IMG/VR virus record: IMGVR_UViG_2576861234_000002
Strand: one strand, 5' to 3'
Source of the DNA: an uncultured virus (IMG/VR IMGVR_UViG_2576861234_000002)
Lineage: Duplodnaviria > Heunggongvirae > Uroviricota > Caudoviricetes
DNA length: 30,922 bases
Positions within the stretch are counted from its first letter, which is position 1. The number at the start of each line of letters is the position of its first letter. Below, piece by piece: positions 19,130 to 26,515 of the stretch. Under the pieces are notes generated by a model. It made no database searches and was not told the origin of the DNA. It saw only the letters and a program-made list of their open reading frames with translations. Position numbers and translations under genes: made by a program.

Positions 19130-19315
19130 TTATTCCACCTCTACATTTACATTTCTAATTTTTAAATTGTCATACTCTAGTATTTCGTCCGGATTGTTAT
19201 ATAAGTAATCTGCCAGTGCATCTTTTTCATCATCCACATCATCAAAATGCTGATATTCAACTTCTGTAGATATCCTTATATCAATCGTTGCGTTTATATA
19301 TGCTTGTTGTTGCAT
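19130..19315 (-). CDS. DUF3113 family protein
   Basis: MQQQAYINATIDIRI.TEVEY...LADYLYNNPDE. Confidence 0.82.
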   Translation of the reverse strand: MQQQAYINATIDIRISTEVEYQHFDDVDDEKDALADYLYNNPDEILEYDNLKIRNVNVEVE

Positions 19316-19319
19316 TAAA

Positions 19320-19724
19320 TCACTTCATTTCTCTTTTGCGTTCTCGTCTTGCTTTAATTAATTCCTCATACGTAATCCATGTTTTGCCTGTATACTTAGG
19401 TGCTTTACATATCCAATTGAGTTTTATGTTTCTGTATTTATGTCTGAAAATCTTAGCTTTAAGTTTTGCTACTTCGGTTGGCATACCTTTAATGTCGATA
19501 ACTTCAATCAGTTTGCCATCGAGATATAGAGCAAAATCTGCAATGTATTCAATCTTTCGTTGTTTATCTAATTTTGGTAATAATTCAAATTTCGGTTGTA
19601 TTTCGATACGATCATAGTTAGTGCCATTCTTATTACTTTCTAAATATTGGTAATATTCACACTCCAATTTGCTATCAAATACAATCCCTTTATACTCAAC
19701 TTTCTTAGCGTTGTATTTACTCAT
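19320..19724 (-). CDS. DUF1064 PD-(D/E)XK nuclease/resolvase-like protein
   Basis: MSKYNAKK...FDSK.E, YIADF, DIKG motifs. Confidence 0.88.
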   Translation of the reverse strand: MSKYNAKKVEYKGIVFDSKLECEYYQYLESNKNGTNYDRIEIQPKFELLPKLDKQRKIEYIADFALYLDGKLIEVIDIKGMPTEVAKLKAKIFRHKYRNIKLNWICKAPKYTGKTWITYEELIKARRERKREMK

Positions 19725-19733
19725 CGTCCACCT

Positions 19734-19955
19734 CTAAATATCAAATATCGTTGCTTGTAAACCTAGCTCTTGCTCATATAAAAGCCCGTGAGCGCCTTTA
19801 AATCGTTTTAGGTCACTATCAGTCATAATTTTCTTTTCGTCGCTGAAATGGGCTCCTGTGAGTGAATAAACTTCATTTACGTTGTCTTTATACTTGATAA
19901 CTTTAATATCTTCCGTGCCATCTTCTCGGTATAAGTAATATTTTTCTTTCGGCAT
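19734..19955 (-). CDS. DUF3269 family protein
   Basis: MPKEKYYLYREDGTEDIKVIK...GLLYEQELGLQATIFDI. Confidence 0.82.
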   Translation of the reverse strand: MPKEKYYLYREDGTEDIKVIKYKDNVNEVYSLTGAHFSDEKKIMTDSDLKRFKGAHGLLYEQELGLQATIFDI

Positions 19956-19967
19956 TTTTAACACTCC

Positions 19968-20126
19968 TTAATATTCGACGATAGCGGGACGTGTATGACG
20001 TTCTGCAAGCTTTTGGATAAATAGGTCATATAACTTATTTTCATCGCCCTGTGCCTCGTCTATGAGTTTCTGAGCGTACATATCTGAACACTCAAGTTTA
20101 GTTTTTAAAAATTCTTTGGTAATCAT
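19968..20126 (-). CDS. sri: Sri, 52-aa inhibitor of the host helicase loader DnaI
   Basis: Read from sequence: MITKEFLKTKLECSDMYAQKLIDEAQGDENKLYDLFIQKLAERHTRPAIVEY; ATGA overlap with the dnaC-like gene. Confidence 0.88.
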   Translation of the reverse strand: MITKEFLKTKLECSDMYAQKLIDEAQGDENKLYDLFIQKLAERHTRPAIVEY

Positions 20127-20908
20127 ATTTTTAACCCTCTAGTCCTGTAATCTTGTCCGTCCATCTTGATTAGTGTTGTATTGCTCATGATTCTGCTGAA
20201 TATACGTTGTAAATCTTTGTTTTTTGTCATTTCTTTTTCATCTAAGTTAGTAGTAAAGATATTGTGTTTACCTATTCTACTTTCGATAAGCTCGAACATC
20301 TTACTAGTAGCGAATTCGTTCATGTTGATACCGTAATCATCGAATACCATCAAATCGACATCACTTATAATTTGAGCCAATTCCTGTTCGGTCATAGCAG
20401 TTTGGTTGTTATAAGTGTTTTTAATTGTTGATATCAATTGAGGTACGTTCATATATAACACTGTGTAGCCTTTAGCTTTAACTGATTTAACAATACTCAT
20501 TGATAAGTGTGATTTACCTGTACCGAATGAACCTTGGATTAGTAGCGATTGTTTATTGTCTAACGTGAAATTGTTTGCGTAACGTTCGCATAAGTTTTTT
20601 GCATACACTAGTTGTTCATTAGTCGGATTGTAATTATCAAACGTTGCTTTCGTTAGATCTTCGTTCATTATCGATTGCTTGAATATGCGTTCTGCTTTTC
20701 TCCGCCTGTTTCTCTTGTGATAGTTTTCAGTTGATTGTTTGGCATACTCTATCATTTCGCAGTCACAACCATGTTTGAATTCTGAACCGTCATCAAATTT
20801 GTAATAGTCGTACTTACGTCCACAGTTCTCACATTTCAAATCAAACGCTTGTTCAATGATTTGCTTTTTTAAAGTTGGTTTCTTTGCTAAGTTCTGGAAT
20901 GACTCCAC
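20123..20908 (-). CDS. DnaC/IstB-like AAA+ helicase loader
   Basis: Zn-binding CENC...CDC, Walker A GSFGTGKS, Walker B MVFDD, TTNL, RIFSRI. Confidence 0.93.
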   Translation of the reverse strand: MESFQNLAKKPTLKKQIIEQAFDLKCENCGRKYDYYKFDDGSEFKHGCDCEMIEYAKQSTENYHKRNRRRKAERIFKQSIMNEDLTKATFDNYNPTNEQLVYAKNLCERYANNFTLDNKQSLLIQGSFGTGKSHLSMSIVKSVKAKGYTVLYMNVPQLISTIKNTYNNQTAMTEQELAQIISDVDLMVFDDYGINMNEFATSKMFELIESRIGKHNIFTTNLDEKEMTKNKDLQRIFSRIMSNTTLIKMDGQDYRTRGLKI

Positions 20909-20920
20909 TTTCTCACTCCT

Positions 20921-21682
20921 TTAAAATGGTAAATTTTCTATACTTGATTGTGATGCACGCTGGAATGCATCTACATATTGATTAGATTCGTTATTAATTT
21001 TCGCTGTTTGGTTTTTATAATTATCAAAGTTTCCACTAAATAACGTTTTAGGTCGCAAATACTCATCCATTTTCGGATTACCTTTCCATTGAGCAGTCAT
21101 GTTATCAATTACTGTAAAGAAATCTTCTTTTGAATTATCTTCATTAAATCTAGCTTGTATCAGTTTTTGATTAGCTTTAGATTTATGACTAAACTTCTTG
21201 CCGGTCTTTTCGTTTAGATAATCAATAATCTCTTTGTATGGGATGCGTGTCGGGTTGCCCGACAATATATCTATTCTATTTATATTGTTATTACTTGTAT
21301 TATTAATACTTGTAATATTCTCTTTGACATTTGCGTCAATAGGGGTATTGACAGAATTATCAATAGGGGTATTGATTTTTGCGTCAATAGGTATTGACGT
21401 TTGCGTCAAGGGGTACATCTTCCTTTGTTTAACTTCATTACCTTCTTTGATAATTTCGATTTTTAGATAACCAAAGTTGGTAAGGTTCGAAATTCTACGA
21501 GATATAGTTTCCTTAACAACGTTGTATAAAGTTGCAAAGTAACCATTACATGCTGTGCAGTATCCGTATTTGTTACTTAAAGATGTTATTTCTGCAAAAA
21601 GTAACTTTTCGCTGTCAGTAAGTCGGTTATCGTATCTGACATTTGCTGTAATTATTGAGTAGTAACTTGGTTGGTCAGTCAT
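20921..21682 (-). CDS. Phage replication initiator (N-terminal HTH, conserved phage C-terminal domain)
   Basis: YYSIITANVRYD..L..SEKLLFAEI; EIIDYLN...YLRPKTLF; internal iterons. Confidence 0.92.
   Translation of the reverse strand: MTDQPSYYSIITANVRYDNRLTDSEKLLFAEITSLSNKYGYCTACNGYFATLYNVVKETISRRISNLTNFGYLKIEIIKEGNEVKQRKMYPLTQTSIPIDAKINTPIDNSVNTPIDANVKENITSINNTSNNNINRIDILSGNPTRIPYKEIIDYLNEKTGKKFSHKSKANQKLIQARFNEDNSKEDFFTVIDNMTAQWKGNPKMDEYLRPKTLFSGNFDNYKNQTAKINNESNQYVDAFQRASQSSIENLPF
21265..21416. repeat. Probable phage origin: palindromic iterons plus AT-rich tract inside the initiator gene
   Basis: TCAATAGGGGTATTGA at 21336 and 21360, TCAATAGGTATTGA at 21384, degenerate copy at 21406; AT-rich 21265-21325. 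Confidence 0.8.
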
Positions 21683-21697
21683 GTTGATTCTCCTTTC

Positions 21698-21706
21698 TGG
21701 TATAAT
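21698..21706 (+). promoter_or_regulatory. Extended -10 promoter for the opposite-strand gene at 21744
   Basis: TGGTATAAT, about 37 nt before an ATG with a GGGGTG RBS. Confidence 0.7.
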
Positions 21707-21743
21707 TTTGTTATCGCTACTGCGTTAGATTGGGGGTGAAAAT

Positions 21744-22154
21744 ATGGAAAATAATTTCAAACGTTTATTAACAATGTCTGAAAAACAGGAATTACATTTA
21801 GATAAAACTCACCCTTTCTTTTGGGAATCTGATTTATTTTTGATTGCTAAATCTGCTTTAAACATCGCGTATACGCTTACTGAAAATACATTTAATCATG
21901 CCCATTTAGAATGTCTAAATTATCTAAATAAGGCTTTAGTAACAGAATTGAAAATGATTAAAGTAAAGACTGACTACTACGCATACGAAACCTTCACATA
22001 CAAACTTTCTAATTTTGTGAATATCTTTTCACAGGATTGGGGTCAAAGTTTTGATCAAAAGAAGGTCGAATTCTTTCAAGTTCTTCTTGATGCTTTTCGT
22101 CAATTACCAGTTGTAGATTTCGGCGATGCAACATTATCAACTTTTTTAACTTAA
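21744..22154 (+). CDS. Opposite-strand accessory hypothetical protein (136 aa)
   Basis: Own promoter and RBS; no recognisable family. Confidence 0.72.
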   Translation: MENNFKRLLTMSEKQELHLDKTHPFFWESDLFLIAKSALNIAYTLTENTFNHAHLECLNYLNKALVTELKMIKVKTDYYAYETFTYKLSNFVNIFSQDWGQSFDQKKVEFFQVLLDAFRQLPVVDFGDATLSTFLT

Positions 22155-22338
22155 GGTTTACTTCTTCGTTACTTAACAGTAAATAGTCTGTCCAACTATC
22201 AGCCAGTGGTATTTCCAATATTTTTTTCTCAATTTCACTGCTGATAGTTGATTCATTTTCTTTATTAATAATTTTGCTGTGCATACTCAATAAAAAGTTC
22301 ATCACATTTGCTTCATTTCTAAACCTTTTAATATTCAA
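22009..22338 (-). CDS. Hypothetical protein (109 aa), convergently overlapping 21744..22154
   Basis: TTG 1 nt after the upstream stop with an AAAGGAG RBS; fills the otherwise empty 22155-22338. Confidence 0.55.
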   Translation of the reverse strand: MNIKRFRNEANVMNFLLSMHSKIINKENESTISSEIEKKILEIPLADSWTDYLLLSNEEVNLKLKKLIMLHRRNLQLVIDEKHQEELERIRPSFDQNFDPNPVKRYSQN

Positions 22339-22339
22339 A

Positions 22340-23008
22340 TCATTTTTCTCCTTTCAGCATTTTGTTAAGCCTCTCATCAACTTTTAGCCACGAGTCATGC
22401 AAGTGATATTTATCATCAAACGACTTAACGCCAATCGCATGTTGCTCGTTGTGATGTTCGCGACATAACGCTAATACATGTTTGTCATAGTGGTTCATTT
22501 TGTTTCTGTTCATACCTCTACCGACTGCTTCATAATGCGCTAGGTCTGCGTGAGGTTTTCCGCATATTACACAGTTGCGGTTAACAGTTGACCAGTATAA
22601 GAGCGATTTATCTTGTTTCAGCAAGTCGCTTGTTTTGTAGCTAAGTGGTATGTCATTGTAGAACGTCCAGTCAAGCGTTGCTTCAATGATTTGACTTGCT
22701 TGTGTTCTCGTACAATTACTTAGTGAAATACGTTCATCATAGCCGTAGTAAGTCCTTACATACTCGATGAACATATGTCGCATATAGTCCATTGGTTGAC
22801 CTGTATATTCTTCTATGTCTTTGACAAGCGCGAATATTTTTCGTCGTTGCTTGCCGGTAATTTGAAACGGATCTATGACGCTCACATCGACTTCCACATC
22901 AAACCCGTTATCAAGTAGTAATGTTTCTTTATTACCTAATTCAACACCCGAGATGACAACTGTTGTTGTGCCGTCGTCTTGAGTGATATAACTAGTAATT
23001 TTCGGCAT
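22340..23008 (-). CDS. DUF968/putative HNHc nuclease (Zn-finger)
   Basis: CVICGKPHADLAH...LALCREHHNEQH. Confidence 0.85.
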   Translation of the reverse strand: MPKITSYITQDDGTTTVVISGVELGNKETLLLDNGFDVEVDVSVIDPFQITGKQRRKIFALVKDIEEYTGQPMDYMRHMFIEYVRTYYGYDERISLSNCTRTQASQIIEATLDWTFYNDIPLSYKTSDLLKQDKSLLYWSTVNRNCVICGKPHADLAHYEAVGRGMNRNKMNHYDKHVLALCREHHNEQHAIGVKSFDDKYHLHDSWLKVDERLNKMLKGEK

Positions 23009-23560
23009 TTATATCAACTTCTCAAATTTATATTTATTACCATGTATATCAGTAACATCTTTGTGATTACTTTTTATTTTGTCGCTAATATAACTATGAC
23101 TTCTGCCTAAGAATTTTCCTGCTCTACTCATACTTATAAATTCATATTCGATACCTAAATGATTAATAAGTTTTACAGCCATATTGGTATGCATTAATCC
23201 TGTTTCAAATGCATGCCTATTATTTTCCAAGTGATTACACCATTCAAGATTTTCTACATTATTATTTTTGGGGTTCCCGTCAATATGGTTAATACAATTT
23301 TTACCTTCTATCATTGGTATAAAGGCGAATGCCACTAATCTGTGGACTAAAAAATCTTTGCGTTTACCATTTTTCCAAAGGGTTACTCTTACATCTCGAC
23401 CATTAGGTGTTTTATCTTTTAAATAACGCTGTTTCCAATGCCTCCATTTTTGATAACGGTTAGACCAAGTAACTTTATTTTTGTGAGTTCTAACTCTACC
23501 TTTACTGCTAACTTCGTATATGCCCTCGTAACCTACAACATCTTTCCATAATTCGTTCAT
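23009..23560 (-). CDS. NUMOD4-HNH homing endonuclease
   Basis: WKDVVGYEGIYEVSSKGRVR (NUMOD4); VHRLVA...INHIDGNPKNNNVENLEW...N (HNH_3). Confidence 0.93.
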   Translation of the reverse strand: MNELWKDVVGYEGIYEVSSKGRVRTHKNKVTWSNRYQKWRHWKQRYLKDKTPNGRDVRVTLWKNGKRKDFLVHRLVAFAFIPMIEGKNCINHIDGNPKNNNVENLEWCNHLENNRHAFETGLMHTNMAVKLINHLGIEYEFISMSRAGKFLGRSHSYISDKIKSNHKDVTDIHGNKYKFEKLI

Positions 23561-23570
23561 CTAACGCCTC

Positions 23571-23990
23571 CTAAAAAGGAAGATCCTCTATAGAGTCTGC
23601 GTTGTTATCAAAAGGATTATTACTAGTTTGTGTTTGTCCGTTGTATTGTTGATTATTCTGTTGGTTGTTATTCTTCGGTTCTAAGAATTGAACACTGTCC
23701 GCTACTACTTCTGTCACAAATACACGTTGCCCGACTTTATTTTCGTAGCTACGTGTTTGTAGTCGCCCGTCTACACCTGCCAGCGACCCTTTAGAAAGGT
23801 AGTTTTTAACATTTTCAGCTTGTTTCTTGAACACTACTACGTTTATAAAATCTGCTTCACGCTCGCCTTGAGCATTCGTGAATGTTCTGTTTACTGCCAA
23901 TGTGAATGTACCTACATTTACGCCATTTGGCGCGCTTCTTAATTCTGGGTCTTTTGTTAAGCGTCCTACTAATACTGCTCTGTTTAACAT
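23571..23990 (-). CDS. ssb: Single-stranded DNA-binding protein
   Basis: [18 protein letters not shown]...GRLQTRSY; acidic tail EDLPF. Confidence 0.97.
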   Translation of the reverse strand: MLNRAVLVGRLTKDPELRSAPNGVNVGTFTLAVNRTFTNAQGEREADFINVVVFKKQAENVKNYLSKGSLAGVDGRLQTRSYENKVGQRVFVTEVVADSVQFLEPKNNNQQNNQQYNGQTQTSNNPFDNNADSIEDLPF

Positions 23991-24613
23991 TATTGTTTCT
24001 CCTCACTATCCAATTGTTTTAATCCCGCATCTAATTTTTGGTGTGCTTCTGCGATTTGTTTTTGACTTAATTTATTAATGTTAGATATTTTTAGCCATCT
24101 CATCGTTTTATCGATAGTTGCATCTCGCCCTTTTTCTTGAGATAAGTTCACGAACTGATTGATACGCTCTTCTAATTCTGTAATATCGTTGTCACTTGCA
24201 CTTGGTAGTTCCTCGCCGTTGTAGATATATAAGCCTAAACCGTGTAAAGCCGAAGCTTTAACAAAACATCGTTTTTGCGCTTTGTTAATATCGAAAGTTG
24301 TTGCACTACCTTTAGCAAGCGATTTATTTCTAAAGTCCAATACTGGAAGCCACTCAGTCTCTGTACTATCTTTCACAGTCACAGATACCTGTACAAAATA
24401 GCCTTCTGGTGTAGCCAAATAAGGTACAAAATAATTTTCTGTGTTAATATCTGGATGTGGAAACTCGTGTACTTTTACTGTGTAGTTTGGGTCAATCTTT
24501 TTCAGCTCTTGGTGTGCATATGACCATGCTAGATAAGTTAATCCATTTTTTTGTTCTGTATGATCATTCACGTTTTTACTGTTCAACTGTTCAAATAATG
24601 TTTGTTCAGTCAT
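23990..24613 (-). CDS. Sak (Rad52-like, DUF1071) single-strand annealing recombinase; not staphylokinase
   Basis: [42 protein letters not shown]; upstream of ssb. Confidence 0.92.
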   Translation of the reverse strand: MTEQTLFEQLNSKNVNDHTEQKNGLTYLAWSYAHQELKKIDPNYTVKVHEFPHPDINTENYFVPYLATPEGYFVQVSVTVKDSTETEWLPVLDFRNKSLAKGSATTFDINKAQKRCFVKASALHGLGLYIYNGEELPSASDNDITELEERINQFVNLSQEKGRDATIDKTMRWLKISNINKLSQKQIAEAHQKLDAGLKQLDSEEKQ

Positions 24614-24827
24614 GTTCTACCTCCTCGTACTCAATAGTTTCTGTCACTGTTTTCTTGATTGCTTTGTGATAATCCATATTGATACTCGCTTCTTCCATAC
24701 CGTTAAACTCCCTAGCCCTATTTCTATTTGTGGAGTAACTAATATCTGAATTGTTATCGGTTGGTTTGTTAGTTATATAAATTGGCATATCCCTATGACG
24801 AATGATATAAGTTACAGTCTGCTTCAT
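24606..24827 (-). CDS. DUF2483 family protein
   Basis: TVTYII.H....IYITNKP...AREF.G. Confidence 0.8.
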   Translation of the reverse strand: MKQTVTYIIRHRDMPIYITNKPTDNNSDISYSTNRNRAREFNGMEEASINMDYHKAIKKTVTETIEYEEVEHD

Positions 24828-24836
24828 AGCGACCTC

Positions 24837-25097
24837 CTACCATCTCATGACTAAGTTAATTAGTCTGTCCTGTTCGTCTGTGTTCTCTTCAATCCATTCA
24901 TCTATTGCTTGGTTGAATAAGTCTGATGCCATATCTAAGTCATTCTCATCTACGACATAAGCATGTTTAATTGGTATGTTGTTCATATCTTTAACTTGTA
25001 TTGATATGCCCATATGACCTTTTAAAATGAATAGCTTAAAATCGAATCCGTTAACATGAATATTTTTGCGTATGATATCGCCTATTTCGTAATACAT
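24837..25097 (-). CDS. DUF1108 family protein
   Basis: MYYEIG...K.IHVNGFDF...AIDEWIEENTDEQDRLINLVMRW; ATG 25097 with GGAGG. Confidence 0.85.
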   Translation of the reverse strand: MYYEIGDIIRKNIHVNGFDFKLFILKGHMGISIQVKDMNNIPIKHAYVVDENDLDMASDLFNQAIDEWIEENTDEQDRLINLVMRW

Positions 25098-25101
25098 TGT
25101 T

Positions 25102-25404
25102 TTAGTCCTCCTTGTCGTCATCAATACCGAGAAATTTTTGTGATTTACACATTTGGAGAACATTGACAATGTCTTTATAACTCTTAGTGCTATCCAATAA
25201 GGAAGCAAGATCGAAAGTATGACCAATCACAGAATTTGAACCTGCTAAATAATCTCCGTCGATAACTCCTATTGATGAGAAAAGCAAAATATCAAATTTA
25301 CTTTCTCCCTTAATTTCTTTCGCTAATTCATACAATTCTCCGCTTTTTTCAGATAATAAGCCTCTTATTTCTTCCTGCGTCATGTCTTTATAATTTTTAG
25401 TCAT
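25102..25404 (-). CDS. DUF2482 family protein
   Basis: MTKNYKDMTQEEI..LLSEK..ELYELA. Confidence 0.8.
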   Translation of the reverse strand: MTKNYKDMTQEEIRGLLSEKSGELYELAKEIKGESKFDILLFSSIGVIDGDYLAGSNSVIGHTFDLASLLDSTKSYKDIVNVLQMCKSQKFLGIDDDKED

Positions 25405-25466
25405 AGTTGACTTCCTCCGTTTTTCGTTTTATATTGAACTTGAATTTGTTTTGCTAATTGTTTGAT

Positions 25467-25499
25467 ACTGTTACTTGTTGGCGCAAGTAGCAGTTTTTT
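25467..25499 (+). terminator. Hairpin with + strand U-tract (terminator for an antisense-direction transcript)
   Basis: ACTGTTACTTG-ttggcg-CAAGTAGCAGT then TTTTT. Confidence 0.55.
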
Positions 25500-25660
25500 C
25501 AATCTTCATAAAAGTATTCTTTATAGAATATGAATGTTGCGATACTTGCGAATCCCGCAATTGACCATGCTGTAGTGAAGTATAGAAACGGCATAAGTAC
25601 AATCGCTAAGAGTGTGAAGCATAATACTGCTATTAGGTAGCTTTTATAAATGTTGCTCAT
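25499..25660 (-). CDS. DUF1270 family small membrane protein (53 aa)
   Basis: Read from sequence: MSNIYKSYLIAVLCFTLLAIVLMPFLYFTTAWSIAGFASIATFIFYKEYFYED. Confidence 0.85.
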   Translation of the reverse strand: MSNIYKSYLIAVLCFTLLAIVLMPFLYFTTAWSIAGFASIATFIFYKEYFYED

Positions 25661-25977
25661 TTTATTCTCTCCTTATATATTTCATTGAAATGCTCATCGA
25701 CGAATTTATTCATCTTTCTTGCGTTAAATCTCCAGCGATTAAAATTCTCATCTGGGTAATGCACAATTCCTTGTGCTCTTAGTTCTTTTTCAAATCTAGG
25801 ATGAAATAGTAATCTGTCCTTGATAGTCTCATCAGATGCAATTTTTAATTTCTTCTTTAAGTCACTCATGTTCCATACAGGGTCTAATGAATAACCAATT
25901 AGCTCATCATATTCATCTTTTGTGATAAGTACATGTGTTTCAGGTATTGGAACTGTTACGTTTAAAATATGTGGCAT
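25657..25977 (-). CDS. DUF771 family protein
   Basis: MPHILNVTVPIPETHVLITKDEY...W.F.A.KM..F. Confidence 0.82.
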   Translation of the reverse strand: MPHILNVTVPIPETHVLITKDEYDELIGYSLDPVWNMSDLKKKLKIASDETIKDRLLFHPRFEKELRAQGIVHYPDENFNRWRFNARKMNKFVDEHFNEIYKERIK

Positions 25978-26031
25978 TTCTATCTTTCCCTTCGTGTCTA
26001 ATGTTGTTATCAACCTAAGGTGGTGATAAGT

Positions 26032-26244
26032 ATGGATGCGTATATTAAATATTCATCTGGGGACGATTCAGTCATCCAAAATTTTCAATATCTTCTTGTA
26101 AATTCGAATAACGGCAATGAAAAAATCTCTAAAGACGAAGTGTCTAAAGAAGTTTTTATGCCAGGAAAGCAATACACCTTTGTCGGTAACAAAACTGTAA
26201 GTATATTTACAGCAACTATTTCTCATGTCGAATTTATCGATTAA
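26032..26244 (+). CDS. Opposite-strand small hypothetical protein (70 aa, MDAYIKYSSG...)
   Basis: AAGGTGGTGA RBS before ATG 26032; ends overlapping the convergent gene. Confidence 0.72.
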   Translation: MDAYIKYSSGDDSVIQNFQYLLVNSNNGNEKISKDEVSKEVFMPGKQYTFVGNKTVSIFTATISHVEFID

Positions 26245-26377
26245 TCTCTTTAAGCAACTCTGCAACTGCTCGCAACAGTTCAGGGTTGTTGTTTCTTTCT
26301 AAACAGTAACTAGCATGCTTGAGTAATTTGAGTTTTAATTTACTTTTTTCTTTAGCGATTCTAAATTTTTGTAACAT
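26234..26377 (-). CDS. Conserved 47-aa staphylococcal phage protein (MLQKFRIAKEK...NPELLRAVAELLKEINR)
   Basis: Read from sequence; AAAAGGAGG RBS before ATG 26377. Confidence 0.8.
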   Translation of the reverse strand: MLQKFRIAKEKSKLKLKLLKHASYCLERNNNPELLRAVAELLKEINR

Positions 26378-26515
26378 TTGTAGTTCCTCCTTTTAAGATG
26401 TTTGAGGTGGCTCACAACCACCTCGTATGGTATAATTGTGTTGTTGATTAAACATGTAATTTCATTTTGTCCAATTGATTTTTTTGGCGACGATTTTTGT
26501 TGTAAATGTCTACTA

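Noticed and set aside
25098..25226. N-terminal extension of the DUF1108 ORF in the ORF track
   Set aside because: Overlaps the DUF2482 gene; the RBS supports ATG 25097
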